Assembly (NCBI GenBank): GCA_029717555.1
Contig: JAMDHS010000002.1
Span: forward strand, 372,001 to 436,000
Source of the DNA: Peribolospora baueri
Lineage: Eukaryota
Direction: 5' to 3'
DNA: 64,000 nucleotides
Below are positions 50,099 through 62,953 of the stretch, one piece after another. A program made the translations under genes and the position numbers. A model generated the notes under the pieces. The model saw nothing but the letters and a program-made list of their open reading frames with translations, was not told the origin of the DNA and searched no databases. Numbering within the stretch: the stretch's first letter is position 1; each line of letters begins with the position of its first letter.

Positions 50099-52334
50099 CT
50101 TTCTCTCATTTAAACGACCTAGCCGAGAAGCTTTCCCGCCCTCCGAGTCTACCATACTTTGAAATCCAAACGACTGTAGTCCCTCGGTGTCGACCCGGAC
50201 GTATAGATTTCGCTCGTCGAGGGAAAGGGTGAGAGGTCGAACGTCGCGACGCGTTTCAAACGCGCGATGGCCGATAATGAGGACTCGGATGGGAATTGGG
50301 CACATGCGGCTCGCCCCAGGACCGATCAGCGGTCCACGGACGGTCTATCTCCTTTCGCGGGTAGGGCGAAGACGCTAAACGGGCGGAACTCGTCAAGCCG
50401 CCCATTGACTGATCACTGTGGCGGAGACGAGCGTCGGCGTTGACCTCGTCGTGGCTCTTCCTACGATGCTTGTTGACGTCGGAATTGAGGGCCAAGCTAT
50501 CCTCGAAAGGGAAGCGTCGTGGCGAGGAATCACTTCCGCCGCCGACGTATCCCGTCCGACCCGGCGCATTTCCGTCGCCAAACAGGCCCTGGGCGCGAAG
50601 AACCGAGCCGGGGCGGGTCGGCACCTGCTTCTGGAGCTGATTATGTTTCGGACGACTCAAGAGAGCTCGTTGACGCAGGAGGTGGAGGGCTTCGTCTGTC
50701 GCCTTGGGAGTAGGCACGCTGATTTCCCGTTCGCCGCGGTCACCTACGCTGTCGCCGAAGCAAACGCCAGAGTCCCGCCTGATGGAGGAGGGAGGGTCTC
50801 CGGAGTGGCAGGCCTCGCTACATGCCTCCCTGATAGAGCGCGAGGGTGGAGAGCGGTCTCGATCTGCTCGAGAGGCTCTTCGCCTCTTATGCCCCGTACC
50901 CAAGTCACCGTCATCATCATGGTTGTGCGAAGACCTCCTCTTCCTTACCGTCCCCAACAGCCGCAAGGTCCCAAAGTCGCGAATATCGCCTATGTATGCG
51001 TCCTCTTCTCTCGAAAAGAGCGGCTCTTGATGCTGGACGGAAAACGAGGTGGGCGTGGAACCGTTGGGACCGGGAATGGACGATGCCGAGGTTGACCCTG
51101 GCGTCGATGTCGGCACGGATCCGATCTGCGGAGGCGGAGGCGTGAGAGTGAGCAAGTCGTCATCAAAGGCGACCTCGCGGCCACCGTCTTCGCGAGTTGG
51201 CGGACTAGAGGGAGACCGGCGCTGGGAGGAATCGGATGCCACCGGCGGTAGAGGCGGGAGGGTAAAGGAGTCGTCTCCGAAATCGATCTCGTAGTCGCTG
51301 CCTTCGCTTGACGGAGGACTGAAGCGAGGCGCCGAGTTCTTCTCGGCAGATATCGTGGAAGAATCTTTTGCTTGGTGGGCCCGAGGAAGCGACGCGAGAC
51401 GGGACGGTCCGTACTCGTACGGCGGTGTCGCACCGTGGCCGGCATGACGAGGAGACGGGCTGTACCTGCGATGTGACGACGAGGAGGAAGGGTAAGAAAG
51501 TGGCCGGCCAGCATTGGCGTCGGGTGGCGAGGGATCGCTCGGTGCTCTCGACGAGATCGAAGGCGGGATCATCGCTGTGGCGTGTCTGCGCATTCGAAAA
51601 CGATGCCGACGTCGATCGTCGTCCGTAAATGAAGGGTGGTGGTAAAGATGGGTTGAGTACTGATAGAGGGGAAAGTGATCAGGGTTGAGGAAGGCAGCAA
51701 AAGGCGATTGAGCGCGATTCTGAACAACGTGCGGCACCGGCTGGAGAAAATCGTGGAGAGCAGATGGGTGTAGGTCAGAGCGGGCCTCGGATCCGCTGCG
51801 GCTGAGATGGAGATGGGATGGGGCGTGGACCGGTTGCGGTCGGGTTGGTTGGAGGTAAGGAGGGAGGAAGTGGGCGCCAGCGATGCTTCATGGAGTAGAA
51901 AGAGATGAGGGCCGGTGCGGTTGCGACTTAAAGCCTCTGGACGAAGGGCAGTGCGGTGAAAGGAAGAGAGTGGTAGAAAGGAAGACGGTGAGGCCAGACT
52001 GGTGCGCAAAGGGCACAAGGGAGAGAAGAGAAAGACTGCAAGTACGCCTCGGCGCCTTGTTTGTTGTTCGTCACTGAAGACGGGCGACACACGCAAGTAA
52101 GGAAGAAAGGAAGAAGGTGGTGTCGAGAAGGACACGGCGGCCGCCCTCGTTGCTCGTCAGCGCCGCCTCGCCTCGAACCAGTCTCGTCGTCCATCGCTGG
52201 CCACCTTGTCGCCCATCCCGACTTGGAACCGAACCGACGCAGCGGCTCAGGGCGCGTCGAGCGTGTAAATGGACGCTCGCAGCAGCCTCGCGCATCGAGA
52301 CCGTCGACGCCGCAGGAGAGTCATGTTTGCCCAT
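49678..52334 (-). CDS. Hypothetical multi-exon protein with a large Ser/Pro/Arg-rich disordered centre; boundaries uncertain
   Basis: 493-codon ORF at 50256-51737 plus flanking ORF pieces with plausible splice sites (C-terminal ..RYAELIDRLFFDDAPYFCEWWR*). No recognised domain. Confidence 0.45.
50055..50098. repeat. 44-nt poly(T) tract (poly(A) on the minus strand)
   Basis: Read directly. Confidence 0.9.
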
Positions 52335-52625
52335 CTTCGCCTCCTTAGAGTGAAGAAGCGCAGCGCAGAGAAGATGAGAACAGAGAGCGGCGCTGGACGA
52401 CGTCTCTTGCCTTTCTTTTGCAGATCAGTGGAGAACGTAAGCAGACGTCGAACAAACGAGAGCATTGGCTCGGCCACGCCAGCCAAGTCGCCGCAGCCTA
52501 TCAGGGCACGTGCGCATTAGGGTTAATCAAATAATCCAACATGCGCGTCACCGCTAACCGAACGGACAACGGGCGGACAGACGGTGTGATCCCTCCCACG
52601 AGTCCTTCGCACCCCATTCCTTGAC

Positions 52626-53834
52626 CATGGCGCCCATCAAGCACATCACTTCTCATAGCGGTGAGCGGGAACCGCGTGGAGCGCTCATCGCGCTCATCGC
52701 CGTCTCGTTCGCTCACTCTTTTCTTTGCAACCTCGCCGAACCCATCTCGGCCAGACTTCGACTCCCAGCTCTCCTCGGCGGCGAACAAGCTCGTCGTCGT
52801 CGACTTCCACGCCACATGGTGAGGCCCGCGCTGAGAGGGATGGGAGAGGCGAGGGTGGAGGAGGCAAATCGATGCGAAGCGGAGGCAGATCTTTGGAGCA
52901 CCCCAGTCCGACTTGAGCTGACCCAGACCGGCCCATGTGTCTTCTCCCCGTCGCCTACGCTCGAACAGGTGCGGTCCTTGTCATACCATCGGTGAGCGAG
53001 CGCTATGGAGATATACTAGACGGGGCAGGAGAGCGTCTTGGACGACGGTGTCATTTCGTTTCCCATAAAACCGCGGACTGACGGATGCACGGACGGCCGG
53101 TTGGACGTTGGACGGATGTTCTTCTCGACACACTTCCTTCCCTCTCCCCCTCCCTCTCTTCCACAGCTCCGGAGTATGAACTCCTGGCACAGCAGGTGGG
53201 CTCCAAATGCGTCCTATCTCTATTCCGCTAGTACGGTCGTCTTCGTTCCAATCTCACCCGTTTCCGATTCCCTCCCTTCCTTCTCTATGCCTCTCCCGCA
53301 CCTCCCAGTACTCCCAAGCCGTCTTTCTCAAAGTAGACGTCGACCAAGTTCGATCGGTCGCGCAAGCATACTCCGTCTCCGCCATGCCCACGTTCTTGTT
53401 CATCAAGAATAAGAAGGTCGTCGACCAGGTGAGCTATTTTATTTTGCGCGCTGCGTGCCGGCGTTGGGTGAAAGCTCGGTCGTTCAGCCGAGTCTTTCCT
53501 GCCAGCGTGAACCGATGAAAACGAACAAGAGTCTGTCTGACGCAGCCCGTTCGTCCCTGTCTTTCCTCGCCCACGTCCTCTGACCCTTCAGCTCAAGGGG
53601 GCCAACCCAGGCGCTCTCCACTCCCTCGTCGGAAAGCACGCCGGCTCGACAGCCTCCGCCTTCTCAGGCTCCGGCCGCACCCTCGGTGGCAGCTCTTCCT
53701 CTTCCTCAACCTCCGCCGCCACATCTTCTTCGCTCCCGAGCGTATCGGGCATTATGGAGGGGCACGTGAGCATCGAGAACATCTTGCCGCTACTTTTGCT
53801 TGCCGGGTATCTGTTGTATGTCTTCACTCAGTAA
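52626..53834 (+). CDS. Tail-anchored thioredoxin isoform (Trx + SHP box + C-terminal hydrophobic segment)
   Basis: If the 53766 donor is not used, exon 6 continues in frame as ..FSGSGRTLGG..MEGHVSIENILPLLLLAGYLLYVFTQ* (TAA 53832-53834). Confidence 0.7.
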
Positions 53835-55239
53835 TGAGGGAAGGAGGGGGTATGAGCTCCAAGTCCCGGGCGGGGGGAAGAGGGGTTCGAGCTGGCGTTA
53901 CAGATCTGGCTCTATCGGAGCTGTAGACGGGCGCCGGAGACGTGATCGGAGTCGTCGTTTCCGTCCCTGGCAATACCATTTCGTCGGATATCATGGCATA
54001 TCCCATCCGTCGCCCTGTTCCTCCACCCGACCCCACCCCGTCTGGACGGGTCGGTTGGGTCGGCTTTGGCTTCGGTTGTACACGGCTCGTTTGACTCGAC
54101 CTGCGCGCCAAGCGTCTTTGCTTAATCCGAATTCTGTTCATACCCCACTCGCCTTCGTTTCCCCACCCACACGCCCACACGCGCAACCGCAACGCCCGTT
54201 CCCTTTCTTTTCCATCTCCCCCCATGCTCGCTCCCTCGCAACAGGAGTCGCTCCTTCCTGCCGTCGAGGTCAACCAATCCCACTGCCTCAATGAACAGCC
54301 CACCCGTTCCCTCAGGGGCATTATCAAAGGCCCCAGCGGAGATCGCTGGCTCGAGAGCGACGCAGATGAGCAGGTGCGCCCTCTCCTCCCCTTTTTCTCT
54401 TCCCCCTTCTCCTCCGCTGGGCTCGAACCGAGCAGGGCATCGCTGCGCTTATTGGACGAGATCGCCGACGTCTCTGTCGTCCTTCTGCTTCCTTCTGTCT
54501 CCCATCGTTCCCTCCTCCTAGCTCCTGCTCAACATCTCCTTCATGCAGAAGGTAAAGGTCTCCGCCCTCCTCCTCCGCACCTCCCCTTCCCACCTCTCTC
54601 AAGCGCCCAAGCGCATCAAGCTCTTTATCAACAAGAGCACGCTCGGCTTCGACGAGGCGGAGGACGCGGAGCCCGCGCAAGAGGTCGAGCTGACGGAGGA
54701 GCACGTCAAGGGCGGCGAGAACGGTGGCGGAGGACGGCCTGTGCCGTTGAGGTTTGTCCGCTTTCAGGCCGTCAACTCGCTCCAGGTGAGATTTTCGTCC
54801 GTTCTTCATTTTTGTTTTTCGGGTTTTCGGCCATTGGCATGGAGGAGAAATTGGCTTTGGGTGAAGAAGAGCGATGCCGTTCTTGTGTTGCTCTTTCGAT
54901 TCGAACGAGCATGGCCGGCTGACGGCCACGAACGACGTGGGACTCTCGCCCCTTTCTCTTCTCTTCCCGCCGCCTAGATCGCCGTGCTCAGCAACCAGGG
55001 CGACGAAGACACGACGCGGATTGACGCGATCGACCTGTGGGGCCAAGCGGGGGACACTTTCAACATGGTGAGCTAGCTATCCCGCCAAGCGGGCAAACTA
55101 GGTGGAGCGAACAGTGACGTGGACGTGGACGTGGACGTGCTGTCGCCCTCGTTGATGCGATCCTTTATGCCTTCCCCCCTCCCTTCCCTTTCTGTCCCGA
55201 CGAACGCAGAAGGACCTCAAGAAGGTGGAAGAGGAGTAG
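52626..55239 (+). CDS. TXL1: Thioredoxin-like protein 1 (Trx + PITH) isoform
   Basis: Trx exons give LVVVDFHATWCGPC..FLKVDVD..VSAMPTF. A phase-0 donor at 53766 and acceptor at 54244 join MEGH to ESLL..HCLNE..LESDADEQLLLNI.F.QKVKV..APKRIKLFIN..LGFDEAE..LRFVRFQAVNSLQI..NQGDEDTTRID (PITH). Confidence 0.8.
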
Positions 55240-55286
55240 ACTAAAGTAGATCAGATGCGGCTTTAGAGGGAAAAAAAAAAAGAAAT

Positions 55287-55319
55287 GGCAAGGCAAGGCA
55301 AGGCAAGGCAAGGCAAGGC
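55287..55319. repeat. (GGCAA)6+ pentanucleotide microsatellite
   Basis: Read directly, just downstream of the Txl1 stop. Confidence 0.9.
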
Positions 55320-56126
55320 GAATAGGGCACACAAGCTCGGTTGGGGCGTCCCGCTATGCGATATACAGTGTAGGACAAACATGAGCCGTTCCCCAAGGCG
55401 AGGCCAGCCGAATAAAGCCATTTCCTTCCCTCGCGAGGCTCGAACGTCGAGGTTGGACTCAATTGCCGCGAGCTTATGTCCTGGACGAGCGAGCAGGGAA
55501 GGGCATACACCAAAGTAGTTCGCTCTTCGCCTCCGCCATCCTCGTGCTGCTGGTGCTGACGCGAGGAGAGGCCGGGCCACCAGTTCGGCTCGATGTTGCC
55601 GGGTGTGCCGAGTCCATCCATCCATGAGCGTGAGCAAAGACAGGTTCACCAAGTCCGGCATCACTCTCTTGCTCGATTGTTATGACGAGAGATCCATGTT
55701 CCGAGATAAGCCGAGTCTGAGACACGCACGCTATATTCTACAGTGGGTTGCGAGACAAAACGGACTCGGTGATTACGGGAGAGTACGGCGGGAGTATGGA
55801 CGACTACGGGCTATTACGAGCGGACGATGGACGAACGATAGAGTGCCGGGCAAGAAACGTGCTGGGAACGTGGCGGAGCAAGAGAGACGGGAAGGGAAAG
55901 ACGGGACGGACACGTGGACGGAAAACGTAGAAAGAAAGTGAGGCCAGAGTGAGGGGCTGGATAGAGAACCGACAGGTCCGAATCCGATTCCATCTTCGCG
56001 AACGGTCACATTCAATAGGCACCATAGGCACCCAGTGTGGAAACGTTTAGAAGGAGAAAGAAAATAGAGAGAGAGAGACGCGTAACTTGAACGAGATCGT
56101 AGGGATCAGCGGATGATGACGTCCGA

Positions 56127-59100
56127 CTATTTTTTGCCGCCCTTCTTCTTTTTGCCCCTCCTCCTCTTCTTTGACGAGGGAGGCACCTCGCCGACAGTGC
56201 TCGGCGTGGGCGTCTTGTCGCCGTCATCTTGCGAACGCTCGGGCTCCCTCTCACCGCGCTGCTGCTGCTCCTGCTGCTGCTCCTGCTCAATGTCGATGCC
56301 GTCGTCCATGCTGGGCCCGCCGGTGTGGCTGCTTGTGTCCTCAGCGCCAGCAGCGAGCTGCTCCTCCTGGGCTTTCATAGCCTTACGGTTCTCCCTGTCC
56401 TCCTTGCTCTCGGTCACGCCCGAGGAGGAGAGGCTCTTCCTCACCAAGCTAGCGATCCGTCTACGTGAAGATCTGCTGCTCGTGGTTCCGAACGGTCCCG
56501 CATCGCCAGCTGACGGAGAGGGTGTGGCAAGAGCAGAGGGCGAGCTGGCACCGACGCCGTCGTGCGAACTCTGAGCCGGGCCGCCGCCGCCCTCGGAGAG
56601 CAGACCGTCGATCGAGGCTCCGCGACGGGACGAAGACATGCTGAGCGTCCTGCTGTGCTTTCCTTTGTTCGCAGCGTTCTTGAGAGCCGAAGGCCGGAAA
56701 GCCGAGCCGATGGACAAGATGCGCTGTCTAGGGCTGCGCTGCGTCGGTCCGCGTGTAGCTTCGGGCTGTGACGGCGCCGAACTCGTCGGGAAGGACTGAG
56801 GAGCATCTGTCGTGCTCTGGGCCGCCTCCTCTTGACCCAGGCGGCTCGGGAACGGAGTCGACTCAGCGAGACAAACATCTTCCGGTTCCTCCGTCAATGG
56901 CGCTCCCGTGATGTGGGCGGTCGGCAAGGCGGTCGGGGTCGCAAAGTCCTTCACGCAGATGCTCGTCTCTTGAGCTCCACTGTCAGCGGGCAAGAAGTGC
57001 ACCATCGCCACCTCGACGTCTTCCTTTCCAGCCACGGGCTCAACGGGCGAAGGCTGGACCGGCGCGACCTCAACCTCAGGGGTATTTGAGGCTACTTCCT
57101 CTTCGACGCCCTGATCCTGTGCGTCGACGTCAGCGTCGCCAGTTACCTCAGTTACCTCGGTCGGCTCCTGAGCAGCCGCGAGAGTCCTGGACCCTGAGGT
57201 AGACGCCCCGGAAGGCTCGTCGACCGTCCCATGCCCTCCTATCGCGGACACCTCAACAGCCGCTCTGGCCTCGCTGACGAGCTCCTCCACCTCCGGTCCA
57301 GCCTCGGGGCTGATGTCGAGCAGACTTGCGCCAGACGCGAGGGATTTGGGATGTCTGGCAGCGGTAACCTCGGCCAGTTGCTCGGTCTGGCTCTGGATCT
57401 GCTTCTTCCACATCTCGGCATAAGGGCCGTCGTTGGAGACCAGCTCGCTGTGGGTGCCCGCTTCGAGGACCTGGCCTCTCCCGACGACGATGATGAGGTC
57501 CGAGTTGACGATCGTCGAGAGACGGTGACTGCGTGGGCGCGCAAAACCGAAGACAGAGCAGTGACAATGAGTCTCCCGAACGCGCCAAGAAAATGAGTGG
57601 AAGACGGACAAGGGCAAGCCGCGGCGCCACTCACGCGATCGTCAACGAGGAACGGCCCCTCATCTGTAAGAGAAGAGGCCGAGAACGTCTCAGCGGATGC
57701 TTGAGCAACGAAGCCGGGAGAGTTTCCTTCAACTCACCAGCGCGCGGAGTTCCTTCTGTAGCATGTGCTCCGTAGACGTGTCTAGCGCGGAGGTAGCCTC
57801 GTCCAACAACAGGATGGGAGGGCTTAAAACGCGAACCGGCACGGAGCGGTGAATCATCAATAAACGATGTCCCAGCTCACCGACCATCGTCGTCATCTCA
57901 CCACTCACTTTTTCAAAATCGTCCTGGCAATGGAAACTCTCTGCTTCTCTCCTCCGCTCAGTCGTATACCCCTCTCGCCGACGACTGTGTTATCTGCGGC
58001 GCAAAAGGTAGAGCGCGAACGAACGCAAATGTCCATGAGCGTAAACTCAAATGCAAACGAATAAAGCCGCGCACTCACATCCATCAGGGAAAGTCACGAT
58101 CCGGTCATGAATCTGGGCGGCCTGGGCGGCAGCGATGATCTCGTTGTCGTCGGCGTCGATGCGGCCGTAGTTGAGATTGAACTTGATGGACTGGTTGAAA
58201 AGCGTGGGATCTATCGCGACGAAAAAACGGTCCGAGGTTGAGCACCTAGATTCGTGCGGACGACGGCTGCGAGAGAAGGATGGAAGCTCACCCTGAGGAA
58301 CGACGCCGATAGCCTGTCTCAAGCTTTTCTGCGTGATGTGGCGAATGTCCTGGGGAAGAGAGAGCAAAAGACAAGACCCATCAACCTGGTCAGTGACGGG
58401 CTCTGAGATTCGCAAAGTGCAGCCGAATAGCTGGACACACCTGCCCATCGATCAAGATCCTTCCTCCTTGCACGTCATAGAACCTGTACAGAAGCTTGAG
58501 GATCGTGCTCTTTCCGCCCCCGCTCTCGCCCACGAGCGCGACGGAGGAGTTGGCGGGCACCTTGAAGGTGAGGCCCTGGAGGGCGTCCATCTTGCCATCG
58601 TAGCTGAAGGTCACGTTGTCGAATTCGATCACCCCTTCGGTCACCACAAGCTCTTTGGCGTCCTCGACGTCTCTAACTTCTGTCTTTTCTTCCAACAGAG
58701 CCATGAGCTTGTCTAGAAGGCGAAGATGCACGGAGGGGGAGCAATGGTTAGTCAAGCGACGTCACTCTAAAGAGACCAGCAAGGCAACATCGGCTCACCG
58801 GTATCGACCAGATTGTTCTGGATAACTCTGTAGAGAGTGCCAAGGTTCTGTGAAGGAAAAAGACGCGCGACGCGGCATTTGAGTCTCACACCTCGTAGAC
58901 CGCTGGGAAGACAGGTACGGTGACGGATGGCAAGCGCTCACGTTCAAGGGCCCCAGAAGCTGACCAACCAGGGCGATGAAGAAAACGAAATCGGCGGCGG
59001 TGCGGTAGCCCCGGACGACGCCGTCGACGATGACCATCGAGCCGACGAGGAGGCCGAGGGCGGTGATGAAGTTCTGGACCAGGTTGAGCAAATTGAGCGA

Positions 59101-61926
59101 GCCTATTGGCGGAAGAAAGATTGGTGGGACAGAAAGTGGCGCATAAGTGTCCCGCCACCTTCAGGTGCGGTTGGCCGCCGAGGCATGGCTAGCGAGGAGG
59201 GAAGCGCCGACTCACCGATGACCTTGTATTCGATCACTTGATACTCTTGGATGTTCTTCGCATAGCGCTCGCCCTCGTAGGTCTCGTTGGAGAATATCTT
59301 GACGGTCTCGTAGTTCTGAACGCGCCAGGTCGCAATAGAATAGCAAAGCCAGGATCCCAGACGACGATGTGAGCCCGCCATGAAGGCTTTACCTGTAAAG
59401 ACGAGACAGCAGGAGGGAAGGACGACTCACGAGGAGGGTGTCGGTGTTGATCGCTCGGATGGTGCTATCCTTGTTATTCATCTGGCGGCGAAGATTTGCC
59501 CTGTAGGTGGCCATTTTGACTGCGAGAGCAAACCGAGGACGACATCACATCAGCTCGACCTCAAACTTAAAGAGAGCGCCGGCCTGAGCGGCAAATTATC
59601 GAGGCCAGAATTGGATCCCGGCCGCTCACCGGAAACCCAGACGTATGCGATCATGACAACGAGTATGATGGAAGACACAAGCGACCCGAACCTGCGCGCG
59701 CGAACAAAGCCGACATGACGGCATCGATAAGATCAGCGAGGGTTTCCATACTGATCGACGAAGTCAGAGACGGAGGAGGGCGAGTGGAACGCACTTGAAC
59801 AAAAGGGCGACGACGGCGATGGTGATGTCCATGAAGATGGGCAGGATGGAGAAGATGAGGTACTCGAAGAAGGAGTTGACCGCGCTTCCCCTACGGGGAC
59901 ATATGAGAGAAAAGGCGAGCCGGGTGAGCGTCCCAAAGCTGGTATCCACGAGAGCAGCTTGAGCCAAAGGAATAAATGATCGGTCACGCTCACCTGTCCA
60001 GACTGAGCCATCGCAAATCGTCGGAAGAAAAACGTGAGCGATCCGCCCCCCCCCTCTCAGCAGCCAAGCGAAGACAGTCCGAGACGGCTCACATCCTAAG
60101 AACCTCACCCGTCTTGCGCTTGGTATGGAAGGCGAGGGAGAGGTTCAGGAGGTGGTTGAAGGTCATGTTGCTCATCTCCCTGTCGCTGTATTGGAGGACT
60201 GTATATGATCGGTCAGATGGGAAAGCGAAAGTGAGTCGAGGCCTACCACCCAGGTATTCCCAGGTATTCCCCACCATGGTACGCCTCCACATTGTCTCGA
60301 TGAGGTAGACGGATAACTCACCGGGTGCCCAAGCGATATTCTGGATGACCTTGAGAATGCCTCCGCTTCCTTGCAGGAAGCGCAAACCGGTGTATGCCAG
60401 CAGGCTCCACCAGGGCGCGCGGCCGTTCTGGAGGTCGTCGACGACCCACGCAAAGGTCTTGGAAAGTTGGGGAGAGCGGGAACCGCAATGCAAAGGGCCA
60501 TCGAAAGGTCAGGGGCGCCAAAAGGGAAGAGAAGTGGAGGCGGGCGCAATGATGGCGAGATGCGACCGGGCGGGTGCTCACCAAAGGGCCGAGGATGTTG
60601 ACGACGCGACCGAGGAGCAAGAGGCCGAAGCAGAAGAGGGCGACGCTCTGGAGCTGGATGCTCTTCTGCGGCCAGAGGTAAGGGAAGAGGATCTTGATGC
60701 GGGTGAGGAACACCCTGAGCGTCGGGGGCGGCGGTGGAGCGGAGACGGAAAGGGTCGGATTGGCGAGGCCCTTGTGGATACCTTGGGGTTGACCGCTGTT
60801 ACCAGCGCTACCGTTTGCGGCGCCGGAACCGTGATTAGGAGAGCGAGAAGGTGAAGGATTCTTCATGGGCGTGTTGATGCCGCTGCTTCCCCTCCTCAGC
60901 AACGGCGTGTTGGCTCCCGAATCGGACGAAGAGGGAGGAACGAGGGTGTTGCCGGCCGAGCGAGCGGTGAACGTCCCGTAGCCGGCGGCTGCGCGACTAG
61001 TCGGCCGAATCGAGTCGGTGTCGGCGTCGGCGTGAGTAGTGTGATCGCCTTCGAGGGGGGTGACAGGGACGAAGATGGTCTTGGTGAATGAGAGAGACAG
61101 GATGAGAAGGATGAGGAGCAGAACACGAGCGGCGAGGAAGCCGAGCTGGATGATCGTAAAAGGTTCGTGAGGGAGAGACTTGCGACGCTCTGGGGAAGAG
61201 GGCATTGGCACACACGAACCGAGTCAGTCTCAGAAGAACTGGCGGTCACAACGAGAGACGTCAGGTTGAGCCGTGAGGCACCGGCGTGAACCTACTGTTG
61301 TCAAGAGTGATGAAAAACAAGGCGACCTGCGCGACCCCGCCGGCGAGGCCGACGAGGGCCATCACAGCGAACGTCCTCCTTCCGAACCTGCCCTTGCCCC
61401 CTTGTTTGCGCTCCTGCCAGAGCAACCAGATAGCGGCGAAGGACCAAGCAAGGAAGCCGAGAGCGGAGGACAGCTCAATGCCCCTCCAGGAGGGATCCGC
61501 GTAGCCCTGCCATTCGCGCTGGATCACGCCGCGTACGACGACGGCTATGCCTTGGGAAAGGTGAGAGATGGCGAGGAGGCAGAGTAGGGCGAGGATAAGG
61601 GCTCGTCGGGGTAGACGGAGAGGCGCGATGTCGGGTACAGGCTGGTCGTCAACGAGCGAGTCGCCCGGAGATGAGGACACGTCGTGGTAAGGGTCGTCGG
61701 GCACGGGGGCTCCGTCTTCGGGGATGGGTGTGTAGTCGCTTGTGCCGAAGAAGAAGCAGTCGAGCAGATGCACGACGGGCCGCCAGAGTACGGCGACAAG
61801 AAGGACGAGTAGCAGGATGGCCTCCGTGCCGAGGCGAGCGCCAAAGAGCGCCATCTGACCATTACCTAGACCGTCAGGCGTGACGATAACGGGCGGAGGC
61901 ATGGAGGCCGCCATCGCGTCGTCCAT
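56127..61926 (-). CDS. HMT1: HMT1/ABCB6-type heavy-metal-tolerance ABC half transporter, multi-exon
   Basis: N-terminal extra TM domain, [45 protein letters not shown], Walker [48 protein letters not shown], long disordered C-tail. Confidence 0.92.
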
Positions 61927-62953
61927 TTTGGGAAAAGACGTGACAGACTGGGTAGACGGAACAGCAGAGGCCGAGTGTAGCGAAGAGAAAGGTCGTGAAG
62001 CTGAGTCGAGGTCGTAATGCGAAACAAGGGTCGTGAATGCCGTAGAGGATCGTCAGAAGAGCGGACGCAAGGCGCGAAGGGCTGGCCGAAAAGAGACGCC
62101 AAGGCGGCGTCGCTGGGTGGTCTCGTCGGACGGCCGACCGGACGGCGTGACTGGGGGATAGGCGATGCAGGCTTACCCGTAGTCAGACTCCCGTGTGTCT
62201 CGGGGTCGAAGGGACGACGACGGCGAGAAGAGCCGAAGGTGGTGGACGAGGCGAGGGGGATGGGGGGAGGGAAGAGGGTTGGGGGGAAGGGGTGTCACGG
62301 CTTGGGGTGGGACTCGGTCTGCTGCTAAGCCGGAGCGGAGTTGACCTGAGTGATACGGGGCTGTCTTCGTGTTTTTCCTACGATAGAGGAAGCAGACGAC
62401 GACTGGGTGACCGAGAAGGGAGCAAACGGGGGAGCAAACGAATGGCGGACGGGTCAGATAGATAGACGGGTAACCTTGAGCAGTTAAAATGAAAGGCCGC
62501 TGCACCTAAGAGCGGAGGCAGAGGGAGAAGGTGCCGGAAGGGCGGCGCCGGCGACAGTGGAAGGCGTGGAAAGGGGGCTGATGTCGTTCAGCGGCGTCGC
62601 GCAGTCGAAGTCGATCGAAGTCGAGGTCAACGTCGAGGTTGAGAGGAACGAAGGTCGAGAGGAATGGAGGTGGTGGAGTTGACGAAGGCCGGCGGCGATA
62701 CGCAGCGAGCCGATCGCGCAGGCAGGGCGAGGCGCGAGGCGTGGCGGGCAGGATGGGGGTGGATGGAATGCAGTGGTTTGGCCGACCCGACGAGCTCACA
62801 TCCTTTCCTCGCCCCTGCTAGCAGTCTCATTCGGACATGGTATGGTATCGAAAGGAGCATTCAACGAAACACACCAGTCGACTCAACGGTCAGCAAACTG
62901 CCAAGGCCTACTATGACTACACTCGCCAGCCGAGTGGCTACCAGGCGCCGTGA

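Noticed and set aside
52517..52525. TTAGGGTTA upstream of the thioredoxin gene as a telomeric remnant
   Set aside because: Only 1.5 repeats; at most a single Tbf1/Tay1-like site and indistinguishable from chance.
25723..55239. Apparent proteostasis cluster (PRE2, Txl1, ZZ/PB1 protein)
   Set aside because: The genes are tens of kb apart and interleaved with unrelated housekeeping genes; no shared motif was seen.
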